This document shows, piece by piece, positions 30,501 to 40,029 of a stretch of 64,000 nucleotides of DNA. Position 1 is the first letter of the stretch. Every line of letters starts with the position of its first letter. The stretch is from Candidatus Poribacteria bacterium (lineage in GTDB: Bacteria > Poribacteria > WGA-4E > PCPOR2b), in NCBI GenBank assembly GCA_965208425.1, contig OZ242335.1:6151181-6215180 (forward strand), given 5' to 3'. The notes beneath the pieces are model-generated. The model searched no databases. It was not told the DNA's origin and saw only the letters and a list, made by a program, of their open reading frames with translations. A program made the position numbers and the translations under genes.

Positions 30501-31579
30501 CGCAAAGACGGCGGAGGCCTGCCCAACAAGACCGCCCACAACCACGACGAAACAGGAGACGCGGAAATCGTTTAATTAACAACATCCATTTCGTTAATGA
30601 CCAAATTGCGTGGGCGGCCGGTGAAGCTGGGCATATCTTCCACACCACAAACGGTGGAAAGACATGGGAACGACAACTCGGTGAGCAACTGGACGATTTC
30701 CGAGATGTACTGTTTCTTAATGACCAACAGGGCTGGATTGCTGGGGATAACGGACTTTTGATAGAAACACAAGATAGTGGAGCTACATGGACTACGCTGC
30801 AAAGCGGATCGCGGCAGCGATTAATTGGTGTTCACTTCCCCAGTCTCGACCCAAAATGGGGCTGGGCGATGCAGCGCGACGGCACAGTTCTCTACACAAC
30901 TGATGGCTCAAACTGGTCGGCTGGGCAGACACCGATGCGCCCCGGTTTCATGGAAGATGACCCACCGAGACCTTTTGCAATCAACGACGTAGCCTTTAGA
31001 CAGTTCTCCGAAGGCTGGGCAGCTGGTGGCGACGGACAGATTATACACAATCAGGATGGTGGACCCATCTGGACGCCACAACGGACATCAACCGGGAAAG
31101 ACCTTTACGGGATCGAGATGAGGTACGCACCGCTTGGATGGGCGGTGGGCGATGACGGCATCGTTCAACGCACCATCAACGGCGGCGGCTACTGGAAATT
31201 CCATGAAACAGATACGGGCTACAGCCTGTATGATGTCTCATTCACTACCAAGCGTAAGGGTTGGGCGGTTGGAGCCTATGGCATCATTCTCCGAACCATC
31301 GGCGGTGGATTTAAGTGGGAACCCTTGTCCAGTGGCGTTACAGCAGACCTTTACAGTGTTACTGTACTGTCTGACGATGAAATCTACGCTGTCGGTGCCA
31401 AAGGTACTATTGTCCGTTCAACGGATGGCGGAAAAACATGGGAGCAAGAGCATACTGATATTGGCAATGACTTGTACCGGATTGTCCGTGCGAAGGAAGG
31501 GGATACGCTCTGGGTTGTTGGACAATGGGGTGTCGTGCTGCGTCGAAAGATTGATGACACAAAGGTGTCAATGCGGTAG
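27512..31579 (+). CDS. Giant lipoprotein of tandem Ycf48/BNR-like beta-propeller repeats, with about 26 Asp-box D-G-G-x-T-W blades and a ~100-aa charged low-complexity linker (aa ~940-1040).
   Basis: Start at 27512 follows aggaga, and the lipobox LLTSC is present. The blade pattern GWxVG..G.I..T.DGGKTW recurs. Confidence 0.8.
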   Translation: MKPIFQHIYQVLIITFAFAVLLTSCRQEATRKADWETHFTDLHFANPKYGWIVGEKGFIIHTNDGGKTWNRQEIETEEDLKAVYFTNLKYGWVVGDNGVIAATDDGGRYWYLQKSRTSGMIRDVIFANSNEGWVVGEDNYVIATKNGGKTWERQNYTSNFPLNGVWFINDQHGWTVGEYERIFHTEDGGKTWQEQTTRHQFARTRLVNDNRRVIFINENEGWLAGTDGSIFHTQNGGAKWDMQDSRIPNINGHVKETVNGIHFVDNKRGLAVADIGFITFTEDGGDNWRLLDSVTENNLMAVQFTSQTEAWAVGWHGTIVHSTDGGHTWTMRSGTTANDLENIQFTSEDRAIAVGQRGAIVVSEDGGQTWQEIDTDIWDNIRNIFFISDKEGWLIGERNMIGHTTDGGRTWERQYAGMGHMLNGVYFVTPKKGWVVGELGTVLFTADGGASWVPQTPTEFNSLKGAFFLNEKEGWVVGWPGVVYHTKNGGLSWTSQTSGTFNELYAVHFTDSNNGWVVGQFGEILRTKDGGQTWRFQPSGVQENLNKVYLADTLHGIIVGDKGTILTTTNGGAKWEKQESGTENDLLGFSLSPEGMVAVGRGGVAMHYSIDPEQLPVTLPPIAEIIETPEIPEEEVTVEEVTYHWDIIRRATWQTDFSDTYFLDEHTGWAVGGGGVIAHTTDSGKTWLPQHSSVEADLYQVMFVDKSHGWITGSRMLLRTEDGGKTWQVVKGVLQNFRRVNTMQFINPKEGWLGVGAAEMLHTADGGLTWERQRTGMNENPIVDLHFINGLEGWAVMLERLDGGAREGGVILHTTDGGEYWKVLDNTNQPAIAVHFADSKSGWVVLRNGVSIATHDGGATWKRVLSDSDSGWPPRRIGRITFQDHQTAWALGGDGRLFITRNSGQTWKGANVPQHESSVNSGIASEEDTDWLALWLEEEGESGNRADDQSNNTNTSEWDQDFAEEFQTEMTDRRQRAGRFTPEGDLGEENGDFSNETQRRRRPAQQDRPQPRRNRRRGNRLINNIHFVNDQIAWAAGEAGHIFHTTNGGKTWERQLGEQLDDFRDVLFLNDQQGWIAGDNGLLIETQDSGATWTTLQSGSRQRLIGVHFPSLDPKWGWAMQRDGTVLYTTDGSNWSAGQTPMRPGFMEDDPPRPFAINDVAFRQFSEGWAAGGDGQIIHNQDGGPIWTPQRTSTGKDLYGIEMRYAPLGWAVGDDGIVQRTINGGGYWKFHETDTGYSLYDVSFTTKRKGWAVGAYGIILRTIGGGFKWEPLSSGVTADLYSVTVLSDDEIYAVGAKGTIVRSTDGGKTWEQEHTDIGNDLYRIVRAKEGDTLWVVGQWGVVLRRKIDDTKVSMR

Positions 31580-31775
31580 CCTGCTGTAATATGAACGCAG
31601 CCACATAAACGGATAGTGATCAATCAAGATTTTTTCGGCTTTGTCTATTTTTTCCGAACTAATGTGAGGTCTATCTGCCTAATGAATCAAATCCGAATCC
31701 GTTCAAACAAGCATCTAAAGGACACAAAATGTTCAAATGGAACATAGACAGATTCGTTAGGAAATAAACCAATCG

Positions 31776-32432
31776 ATGGACATAATCCGAGAAATTTTTG
31801 CTCCATACTCCCTCGCAACGCTAGGGACCATTATTCTCAACCTGATAATCGCATTTGCACTCGGTCTGGTCATTGCTACTGTTTACCGGTGGACCGCCGA
31901 TATGGCAGAAAACGCAATGACTGATGCACTCATCATTCTCTGTATGCTCATTGCGGTCGTTATGGTGGTAATTGGCGATAGTGTGGCGCGTGCCTTCAGT
32001 CTGGTGGGTGCCCTGTCAATTATCCGCTTTCGCACCGTGGTACAGGATGCACGAGATATTGCCTTTGTCTTTTTCTCCTTAGCTGTTGGCATGGCAATCG
32101 GTGCCGGTAATCCGCCTGTGGCTGTTATTGGGACATTTCTGATAAGCGTTGTCATTATTGCACTCCATCGCTGGCATATGGCACCAGCCAATGATGGGGA
32201 TTTTCTCCTGACTTTCCAAATGCCACTTGAGACCGAGCACGAGCAGAGTTATAAACCGATTTTTAGTGAGCAGGTGGCAGCCAGCCAACTCCTCGGTCAG
32301 AGGACAACAAAATCGGAAACCGCTGAACTGAAATTTCATGTAAAATTGAAAGACCCGAAACGCTGGACCGGTTTTGTCCAAGAACTCTCTGCATTAGAAA
32401 ACATCACCGGTGTGAGGTTAGAGAAGCAATAA
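31776..32432 (+). CDS. DUF4956-like membrane protein.
   Basis: Two TM helices and the motif ALSIIRFRTVV. Confidence 0.5.
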   Translation: MDIIREIFAPYSLATLGTIILNLIIAFALGLVIATVYRWTADMAENAMTDALIILCMLIAVVMVVIGDSVARAFSLVGALSIIRFRTVVQDARDIAFVFFSLAVGMAIGAGNPPVAVIGTFLISVVIIALHRWHMAPANDGDFLLTFQMPLETEHEQSYKPIFSEQVAASQLLGQRTTKSETAELKFHVKLKDPKRWTGFVQELSALENITGVRLEKQ

Positions 32433-32467
32433 ATTTTTCCGCAGAAGTTGATAAAGGCATATCAGAG

Positions 32468-33367
32468 ATGAGCAAGAAGATCCTTATATTAATTCTGGTT
32501 GTCGTCGTCAGTGTGCTGCTGATATTCCTTCTGCGCCAAACGCAGCGGTTTGCACATAAACAGAATCCATTATACGGATTGGCACCGATTCAATTGCCAC
32601 ACAAGTCAATCGGTAATATTGCCCCAATCCCGATGCGTGAACTATCGGGGGCGACTTATCACCCACAACGCCAGACCGTGTTTGTTGTCGGCGATGAGGG
32701 GGATATCTACGAGATACGGACCGATGGCGGATTGATACGAAAGGGATTTTTGAAACATACCGACATCGAAGGGATTACAGTCCATCCGGAGACAGGGTTC
32801 CTATACGCCGTAGTTGAAGGGGACGAAGAAATTCTTGAAATTGCCCCTCAAAACTTTCACATCACGCGGAAATTCAACGTTAACCGGCAATTTGAGGGCA
32901 AAGAACTGCTAAAAAAGGGAGGCATGGGATTGGAGGCAATCGCTTTTATTCCAAACGCCTTCCATCCCGAAGGCGGTACATTCTGGGTTGGAAATCAATC
33001 TTTCAGCCTAAAGCAGGGGAAAGAGCCGTCGGTCATCTGTGAAGTCGTTGTGCCGCTCGTTTCGTCAAAGGGCACTTGGGGTGCGGATAAAACCGGAACA
33101 AAGACAGTAGAAGGACAGATTTCTCGTTTTTTTTCGCTTTCAATCATTGATATCTCCGGGCTTGCTTACGATCAGGAACGTCAGTGCCTGCTTGTTATGA
33201 GCGATACGACCAACCTGTTACAAGAGATGACGCTGGAGGGAAACGTACGCCACCAATACCTGATACCGGGACATGATCAGGAAGGAATTGTAATAGACAA
33301 GATGGGGTTTATGTACATCGCCCAAGAAAATGGGGAAGTTATTAAACTCGAAGACCACCGGAATTGA
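32468..33367 (+). CDS. Membrane-anchored putative beta-propeller protein (SdiA-regulated/phytase-like). Low certainty.
   Basis: N-terminal TM KKILILILVVVVSVLLIF and repeated hydrophobic/Gly-rich blade-like segments. Confidence 0.35.
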   Translation: MSKKILILILVVVVSVLLIFLLRQTQRFAHKQNPLYGLAPIQLPHKSIGNIAPIPMRELSGATYHPQRQTVFVVGDEGDIYEIRTDGGLIRKGFLKHTDIEGITVHPETGFLYAVVEGDEEILEIAPQNFHITRKFNVNRQFEGKELLKKGGMGLEAIAFIPNAFHPEGGTFWVGNQSFSLKQGKEPSVICEVVVPLVSSKGTWGADKTGTKTVEGQISRFFSLSIIDISGLAYDQERQCLLVMSDTTNLLQEMTLEGNVRHQYLIPGHDQEGIVIDKMGFMYIAQENGEVIKLEDHRN

Positions 33368-33401
33368 GCAACCAGGAAAATCTTTTGACAAGGGTATTAC
33401 G

Positions 33402-33944
33402 ATGAAGAATCATGATCGCATTCAAAACCAACTCTCCGCATATTTGGACAATGAGCTAAGTCCAGAACAACGCACGGTTGTCGAAACACATCTGAGCGAA
33501 TGTCGTGAGTGTACCGAGATGCTTGCTGACTTTCAACGAAATCGTCAGTGGATTGGCGCGTTAACGCATGAAGCTCCCCCAATTGCAGACGTAGTTCTCC
33601 CACAGTTGGCAGACCGAGGTCCTGTTCGACGAAAACTGCTCCCCAGCTTTGGTGAACTCTGGGACTGGGTGTGTCGTCCAGCCATCAGTGGTGTTGGGGC
33701 ATTAGCGATGGTTGGCTTGGTTTTGGCGCTCGTCTATTTCAATTTGATGATGCCGGAATCTCAAGATACGTATACTTCCGATTCCCTCGATTTCTACCTG
33801 ACGGTTCACACCGAGGACGCAGTGTACAATCCTTTATACTCATACGCTGTTACCGATTCGTTTAGTGTAGATACCAACGTACCGGACACCACTGTTGAAG
33901 ATAACACCGACTTTCTTCTGGAAGTTCATTTAGGAGATCAATAA
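33402..33944 (+). CDS. Zinc-finger (zf-HC2) anti-sigma factor with one TM helix.
   Basis: Motif HLSECRECTE and TM ISGVGALAMVGLVLALVYF. No sigma-factor gene is adjacent. Confidence 0.55.
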   Translation: MKNHDRIQNQLSAYLDNELSPEQRTVVETHLSECRECTEMLADFQRNRQWIGALTHEAPPIADVVLPQLADRGPVRRKLLPSFGELWDWVCRPAISGVGALAMVGLVLALVYFNLMMPESQDTYTSDSLDFYLTVHTEDAVYNPLYSYAVTDSFSVDTNVPDTTVEDNTDFLLEVHLGDQ

Positions 33945-33946
33945 CC

Positions 33947-35032
33947 ATGATTGCAAAGCCAAGATACATGGATTGGTTATCACCAATCGTGTTTATGCTG
34001 CTGATTTTGATAGCAAATCCGATCGCCGAAGCATCGCCTGAATCGCTGAAGATCCTCAAGCGCATAATGAACGCAGAGGAAAAAGTTGCTTATGCCGGTA
34101 CTCGCATGATTGTTATAAATACGCCGCGTGGGACGGTCGCTCGTGAGGAAGCTGTGATCCATCAACCTCCGGAGATTCATGCCGTCACCGTGTTGCCAAT
34201 TTTGGAAGATGGCCGTTCCCTAAAACCTCGCGATCAAGAACTACACAAAGGTAACGAACGAAATCGACGGGATGGCAGACGCGACGACAGGCGTGGAGAT
34301 CGAAGAAGATTCTCGCTGGATCGGAAACGGATGTCAACCCTTTCTCAAAAAGAGGTCGAACTGCTCGTGCAGAATTATACATTCGATTCGGTTCCCACGG
34401 ATCCGATCGCAGGAAAGGAAACCGATCTGGTAACAGTTTCTCCACGATTTGAGGCACGACCAACAAAACGTCTCTACCTTGCACGCGACACAGGAGTCAT
34501 CTTGCGAATAGAAGACTTTGATGCGGACGGAAACCTCCGTTTTATGTTTGTCTACACACAGATTAGCTTCAAAGAGGAAGCAATCCAGCAGAAGTTAGCC
34601 GAATGGAATCGTAACGGAAAATCCCCGGCTGAAAAAAGACGTCGTCGAAGTCAGCCGATCACGCTCGCTGAAGCGAAAAAGGTGTTGGATAATAAACTCA
34701 TTGAACCTACCTATCTTCCATCCGGTTTTCAACTCCTAGAAGCCCGATATTTCAAGCATCGCTCGGACACAGTCTATCTGCGATATACAGACGGTATGCT
34801 GACTTTTACAGTGTTTGAATCGAAAAGGAAACAGGGAAACAGTCGGAACGGTGAACGGAGGGGCGTGGAACATTTACAGATCCAAGGGATAGAAGCGCGA
34901 CACGAAAAGCGCGGACCAACGCATATTCTACAGTGGCATATTTCTGACCTGAATTTTACGGTGATGGGTGAACTTCACCAAGATGAACTCATAAAAGTTG
35001 CCGAGTCATTGATTCTTGCCGCTAAACAATAA
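33947..35032 (+). CDS. Periplasmic MucB/RseB-like (LolA-fold) protein, possible anti-sigma-factor modulator, with an Arg-rich insert.
   Basis: Signal peptide, position downstream of the anti-sigma gene, and RBS aggaga. Confidence 0.35.
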   Translation: MIAKPRYMDWLSPIVFMLLILIANPIAEASPESLKILKRIMNAEEKVAYAGTRMIVINTPRGTVAREEAVIHQPPEIHAVTVLPILEDGRSLKPRDQELHKGNERNRRDGRRDDRRGDRRRFSLDRKRMSTLSQKEVELLVQNYTFDSVPTDPIAGKETDLVTVSPRFEARPTKRLYLARDTGVILRIEDFDADGNLRFMFVYTQISFKEEAIQQKLAEWNRNGKSPAEKRRRRSQPITLAEAKKVLDNKLIEPTYLPSGFQLLEARYFKHRSDTVYLRYTDGMLTFTVFESKRKQGNSRNGERRGVEHLQIQGIEARHEKRGPTHILQWHISDLNFTVMGELHQDELIKVAESLILAAKQ

Positions 35033-35057
35033 GTCTGTTTACTCTGTTAGGGTCATT

Positions 35058-35166
35058 TATAGTGAATTCAAAAAATAAATAGACACTTTTGCCCCCCGTA
35101 TTTGGTAGGCGCTGTTTGTAACTGCGCCGATTTGGAGTGTCTCATTAATTCTAAGATCCACTATAG
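35058..35166. mobile_element. B-family MITE copy.
   Basis: Sequence comparison. Confidence 0.7.
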
Positions 35167-35400
35167 TTTTACCGTAGGAGGGATCTCCGAATCCCGACAT
35201 CTCACTGTAGGTACGATTCCCCGATTGCGACTTTCCAAACAAAATGGTTAAAAAGCCGAAAACTGAATAGCCCTATTTACTCTGTAGAAGTCCTTGATTT
35301 TATATGGCAGTTGGTTTAGAATTGTATCCTAGAAGGGTATTGGTGTGTGACACCGCAGACAACCAACACAAATCAAGTTTAACAGAGGAAAACAAGACCT

Positions 35401-36360
35401 ATGAGAGATTGGAATCAAAGCATTGTCAGGTATCCAGACCCGTCCATTGAAGAAATTGACTCACGTTTCTCCAAATACAAAATTGGTAACGCAGCAGTAG
35501 AACGACTGTGGACAGGAGCGCGATGGGCGGAGGGACCGGTCTGGTTTGGAGATGGTCGTTATCTGCTTTTCAGTGACATTCCAAACAACCGGATAATGCG
35601 CTGGAGCGAGGAAACGGGTGAAGTCAGCGTTTTCCGCAGTGCTTCCAACAACAGCAACGGCAACACCCGCGACAAACAGGGACGACTCATCACCTGCGAA
35701 CACGGTTCACGCCGAGTCACTCGTACCGAGTATGATGGCAACATTACGGTATTGATCGGCAGCTTTGAGGGCGGACGCTTGAACGCTCCGAATGATGTGA
35801 TCGTTCATCCGGATGGACATGTGTGGTTCACCGATCCCGGATACGGCATCCTCATGAACTATGAAGGACATCGTGCTGAGTTTGAGTTGCCGACCAATGT
35901 CTATCGGCTCAACCCGGATACCGGCGAGGCGACAGTCGTTACGGACGAACTCGACAAACCGAACGGTCTCTGCTTCTCACCCGACTTTTCCAAACTCTAC
36001 ATCTCTGATACCGGCATCTCACACGCCCCTGATCATCCGAGTCATGTCTATGTCTATGATGTCGTGGATAACGCTCGCTTAGCAAACGGTAGACCGTTTT
36101 GCGACATGGGATCAGGGTTCTCGGATGGCATCCGCTGTGATATTGATGGTAACCTCTGGTCAAGTGCGGGTTGGGTAGGTGAAGGGTTCGATGGCGTGCA
36201 TATTTTCGCTCCTGATGGCGATCTCATCGGCAAAATCCATCTCCCGGAGGTCTGCTCGAACGTTTGCTTCGGCGGTGTCAAACGGAACAGGCTGTTCATG
36301 ACCGGCAGTCAATCGCTTTACTCCGTCTATGTAGAAACACAAGGCGCCCAGATCCCATAA
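35401..36360 (+). CDS. SMP-30/gluconolactonase/LRE family protein.
   Basis: Characteristic six-bladed propeller motifs (NAPNDVIVHPDGHVWFTD, NGLCFSPD). Confidence 0.8.
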   Translation: MRDWNQSIVRYPDPSIEEIDSRFSKYKIGNAAVERLWTGARWAEGPVWFGDGRYLLFSDIPNNRIMRWSEETGEVSVFRSASNNSNGNTRDKQGRLITCEHGSRRVTRTEYDGNITVLIGSFEGGRLNAPNDVIVHPDGHVWFTDPGYGILMNYEGHRAEFELPTNVYRLNPDTGEATVVTDELDKPNGLCFSPDFSKLYISDTGISHAPDHPSHVYVYDVVDNARLANGRPFCDMGSGFSDGIRCDIDGNLWSSAGWVGEGFDGVHIFAPDGDLIGKIHLPEVCSNVCFGGVKRNRLFMTGSQSLYSVYVETQGAQIP

Positions 36361-36436
36361 TCAGTAGGTCGAAACTCACATCTCGACACGGCGATCGTCG
36401 AGTTTGGAAACTCGACCTACAAGATTTTTACCCGAT

Positions 36437-36565
36437 TATAGTAAATGCTAAAAATAAATAGACACTTTCGCTCCCCAGTAGGTGCCGTGGTCGGTTGAAA
36501 CGGCGCAGTTGGAAACAGCACCTACCAATTTGGAGTGTCCCATTAATTCTAAGATCTACTATAAT
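36437..36565. mobile_element. B-family MITE copy between convergent genes.
   Basis: Sequence comparison. Confidence 0.7.
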
Positions 36566-36597
36566 TCTTCAAATTTCATCAGAATAACGGTGCTTGC

Positions 36598-37809
36598 CTA
36601 CATCACGACGGTTTCATGCTGGCGGTAGACCCGATCATAGCGTTCCTGATCGATTTCTATCCCTAACCCCGGCGCGGAAGGCACTTGGTAACAGCCGTTT
36701 TCAAATTCGTATCCCTGCATGTTGTAGAGATCAAAATGCAGGGTCGAATCCTCAGCAATGACAAACCGCTCTGTCACCGCACCGAACTGGATATCACCGC
36801 GTAAACCAATTGCTGCAGCGTTGTAGTTGTGCGGGCAAATCATTGTCGCATAGCCAGAATCTTCGATGTCGCGAGCGAGCGTGTGGAAGGGCCAGAAACC
36901 CATGTCTAACATATCAGGCTGTATGCCATCCAGGAGCCCTTCCTCCATCAGCTGCCAGTAGATCGTATTACGACCACGATGCCCCTCGCCGTCTACCAGC
37001 ATCGTCTCTGGCGACCACCGGTCCCGCCACTCCTTAAGCTTTCGGTAGTCTGCCACGTTCTCAGTGATCATCTCTTCCATCCAGAACGTCTTAGCTGGAC
37101 CCGTTTCACGCACAAAGGTTTCTAGGAGCGGCAATTTGCCATCGTAACCGTTGTTTGCGTCAACAAGGATTTTGATCTCTGGACCCACCGCTTCCCGCAC
37201 AGCGTGCACCACTTCAATGTCACGTGCTACGCCGGCATTCGGCTCAAACCAGCGACCCGGTCGACCAAGTTTCAACTTCATTGCCCGCCAACCGTTGGCG
37301 ACAGCGTCCTTCGCTTCACGAGCCACAGCACTGGCACCCGCTTCGGGGTGCACCATGTCTTGGAAGTAGAGGGTGGAGTCGTAACTTTCAACCCAGTCAC
37401 GAACACGATCGCCCAGCAGACGATATGCGGGAATATCCAGTGCCCGACCCATCAAGTCAAAGATGACGAAATCGATGAAACCGTTCTCTCGTAGTAACTC
37501 CTCCCAGCGAGGGTTCACCCCTGTAACGCGATCTCCGCTTACGCGATAAAACTCGAACACGTCTCTGCCCAGCAGCAACTGGAGTGTGGTGTAGAGTGCC
37601 GTCAACTTGTCCCGGTTCATTGCTGGTCGAGCGTTTGTTACACCGGTGAGACCGCTGTCAGTAGTTACTTGCAGCAGCCATTCACGCTGATTGTGACCAT
37701 AGTTTTCACCCTTCGAGTTACGACCGACAATTCTGCCAATGCCGGGTGCACCGAAGTATGTCTCGACCGGTGCTATCCGAATGTCTTTGATGATGTGTTT
37801 TTCTGACAT
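36598..37809 (-). CDS. Enolase-superfamily (mandelate racemase / muconate lactonizing enzyme-like) sugar-acid dehydratase, paralog 1.
   Basis: MR/MLE fold layout with KxK and the Asp/Glu metal ligands region LVDANNGYD. Confidence 0.75.
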   Translation of the reverse strand: MSEKHIIKDIRIAPVETYFGAPGIGRIVGRNSKGENYGHNQREWLLQVTTDSGLTGVTNARPAMNRDKLTALYTTLQLLLGRDVFEFYRVSGDRVTGVNPRWEELLRENGFIDFVIFDLMGRALDIPAYRLLGDRVRDWVESYDSTLYFQDMVHPEAGASAVAREAKDAVANGWRAMKLKLGRPGRWFEPNAGVARDIEVVHAVREAVGPEIKILVDANNGYDGKLPLLETFVRETGPAKTFWMEEMITENVADYRKLKEWRDRWSPETMLVDGEGHRGRNTIYWQLMEEGLLDGIQPDMLDMGFWPFHTLARDIEDSGYATMICPHNYNAAAIGLRGDIQFGAVTERFVIAEDSTLHFDLYNMQGYEFENGCYQVPSAPGLGIEIDQERYDRVYRQHETVVM

Positions 37810-37842
37810 AGTTTCCTTCGGGTTAGGCAGGACTGAAAAACC

Positions 37843-39024
37843 TCACTCCACCTGCCATTCGTGTAAAGCATACTTTTCTTGGAACAGGTCTTCGTCAATA
37901 GAGATACCGAGTCCGGGGCGTTCCTCCACCTGATATGCTCCGTCCTTGAAAGTGGGAAACGGACCAAAGATGTGGGGGAGGTTGCGTTCGTCCTCCAGCG
38001 ACACGAAGGTTTTAGATGCTGCACCGAACACCAGCGTCGCGAAGGTGCCGAAAGTGCCGTTGCCGAAGTTGTGCGGAATTGAGCGCACTTCTGTTCCGCG
38101 CAACGCCCCTTCAATCTCTATCCAACGGAGGTAACCGGCACCCACGATGTCCGGCTGGTAGCCGTCAATCAGACCGTCTTCGATGAGATGGCGGAAGGTC
38201 TCGCTGATGGGGTCGCGGTCTGTTTCGCCGCACACGAGAAGGGCTTTGGAACCGTGTTTTGCCTGCATCTCTCTCATGGCGCGGTAGCCTGCCACGTCGT
38301 GTGTTATCATCTCCTCCAACCAGTAGATGTTAGCGGGGATCGTCTCCCGAATGAAATCTTCGAGCAGGTCGAGCCGGTCATCATAGCCGAAGTTGGCGTC
38401 AACGTAGATATGGAAATCTTCTCCGACAGCTTCTCGCACGCCCAAAACCACATCGACATCCCGCTGCATACCGGCTTCCGGCATCATCCAACGGCCACCG
38501 CGTCCAGTTTTTATCTTGAGTGCCCGATACCCAGCAGCCTTCGCCTCGGCAGCCTCTTCGGCGACCTGCTTCGCGCCTTTTTCAGGGACAAGGAAATCTT
38601 GGAAGTAGAGTGTAGTGTCATAGGCTGGCACGGCATCTCGCACTTTTCCTCCGAGTAGACTGATAGCGGAAACGTTGTGAGCTTTGCCGTAGAGATCAAA
38701 GGCAAGGGCATCCATCCATCTAGTGCTGCGGAAGGTGCGTGCTACGTCTGTGCCTGGTCCGGTAACAACCCCGTTTTGTACCTGCAGCAGCGAGTCTACT
38801 TCTCTGCCTAACAGCGACGTTTTCAGTAGTTCGAGCAGATCTTCTACCCGTCCCTGCCGTACCGATCGGTTGGCGATGGACACACCTTCTATACCGCCAT
38901 CCGTTCGGGCGCGTACGATCCATTCCAGTCGTTGTTTACCAATGTTATCTGAAAATGCGTTTTTGCCTAGCTCCTTTGGGTAATACGAAGGAACCGGTGT
39001 TACAGATATGTCTGTGATTTTCAT
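37843..39024 (-). CDS. Enolase-superfamily dehydratase, paralog 2, in tandem with 36598-37809.
   Basis: Same architecture (IYVDANFGYD). Confidence 0.75.
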   Translation of the reverse strand: MKITDISVTPVPSYYPKELGKNAFSDNIGKQRLEWIVRARTDGGIEGVSIANRSVRQGRVEDLLELLKTSLLGREVDSLLQVQNGVVTGPGTDVARTFRSTRWMDALAFDLYGKAHNVSAISLLGGKVRDAVPAYDTTLYFQDFLVPEKGAKQVAEEAAEAKAAGYRALKIKTGRGGRWMMPEAGMQRDVDVVLGVREAVGEDFHIYVDANFGYDDRLDLLEDFIRETIPANIYWLEEMITHDVAGYRAMREMQAKHGSKALLVCGETDRDPISETFRHLIEDGLIDGYQPDIVGAGYLRWIEIEGALRGTEVRSIPHNFGNGTFGTFATLVFGAASKTFVSLEDERNLPHIFGPFPTFKDGAYQVEERPGLGISIDEDLFQEKYALHEWQVE

Positions 39025-39174
39025 TGTTTGTATTCTGCACGTTTGTTATTCCAAGATTAAGTTTCAATTTTCACTGCCTATCAGTTAAAAACTTTAGACA
39101 TTTTACTAGTACTCCCACATCACGGTCAATAAAAATATTGGGATTATATGCGCTACTAGATAAGTGAGAGGTGT

Positions 39175-39235
39175 GCATGATTGTTGTCTGAATCAGGATT
39201 CTCAGGATTTAAGGATTTACAGGAGGCTATGACTG
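39175..39235. repeat. C-family repeat copy in inverted orientation.
   Basis: The reverse complement reads cctgtaaatccttaaatcctgagaatcctgattcagacaa. Confidence 0.5.
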
Positions 39236-39319
39236 AAGCTGATGCCTATGCGTATCCGCGGCGAGGGCATAAGGGTTGTTTGAATAACAGATTAAACAGA
39301 TCACTCACACGACACGGAC

Positions 39320-39415
39320 GCTCATGTGGAAGAAACTGTGCTAAGAAACCAAGTTTTGCAGAAAAAACTCGGTTTCTCTGAACTGTTCTGCACTTTCTTT
39401 TGATATGGGCGAACC
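39320..39415. mobile_element. A-family MITE copy in inverted orientation.
   Basis: agaaaccaagttttgcagaaaaaactcggtttc plus ..catgtgg/..atatgggcgaa ends. Confidence 0.6.
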
Positions 39416-39556
39416 TATTACCTATTTATGTACACCCCTCAAATAAGCGTTGTATGCGCGGACAATATGCGTGAGAAATGAAGATTGAGGATTTATGTTG
39501 ACGCGGATTTGCGAATGCGTATAATGTGAAATAATCTACTAAGCAATAGGGAAAAA

Positions 39557-39988
39557 ATGGTCGAAAAGCAAAAAGTGCTGTTTCTGTGTACAGGGAACTC
39601 GTGCCGGAGTCAAATGGCGGAAGGCTTTTTGAGGGATATAGCTGGCGATCGCTTCAAGGTCTATAGTGCGGGGCTGAAGCCATCAGCCGTTAATCCGTTG
39701 GCAATCAAGGCGATGGATGGTGTCGGGGTTGATATTTCATCGCATACCTCTGATTCGCTCAATAAATACCTCGACCAAAATTTCCATCATCTGATTACTG
39801 TCTGCGACCATGCGAAGGAGAGTTGTCCAATTTTCCCTAGTGCTGGAGAAAGTCATCATTGGGGATTTGACGATCCGGCGGAGGCGGAAGGGACCGAATC
39901 GGAACGGTTCACCGTTTTTTGTCGAGTCTGCAATGAGATTCAGGAAAAAATCCAACAGTGGTTAAAGACGCTTGCCCCATCTCAATAG
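39557..39988 (+). CDS. arsC: Arsenate reductase of the LMW-PTP fold (thioredoxin-coupled).
   Basis: CTGNSCRS P-loop with MAEGF, plus downstream Cys residues. Confidence 0.8.
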   Translation: MVEKQKVLFLCTGNSCRSQMAEGFLRDIAGDRFKVYSAGLKPSAVNPLAIKAMDGVGVDISSHTSDSLNKYLDQNFHHLITVCDHAKESCPIFPSAGESHHWGFDDPAEAEGTESERFTVFCRVCNEIQEKIQQWLKTLAPSQ

Positions 39989-40029
39989 GATGGAATCTCC
40001 ACATTCAACCGAGAAAGACAGGGGAGACA

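Noticed and set aside
28196-31623. Numerous 60-150-aa ORFs on both strands inside the 27512-31579 gene (and similar ones inside the RM, amidase, EF-G and LRR genes).
   Set aside because: They lie within or antisense to a long, motif-rich CDS. They are GC- and repeat-driven open frames without RBS or motifs.
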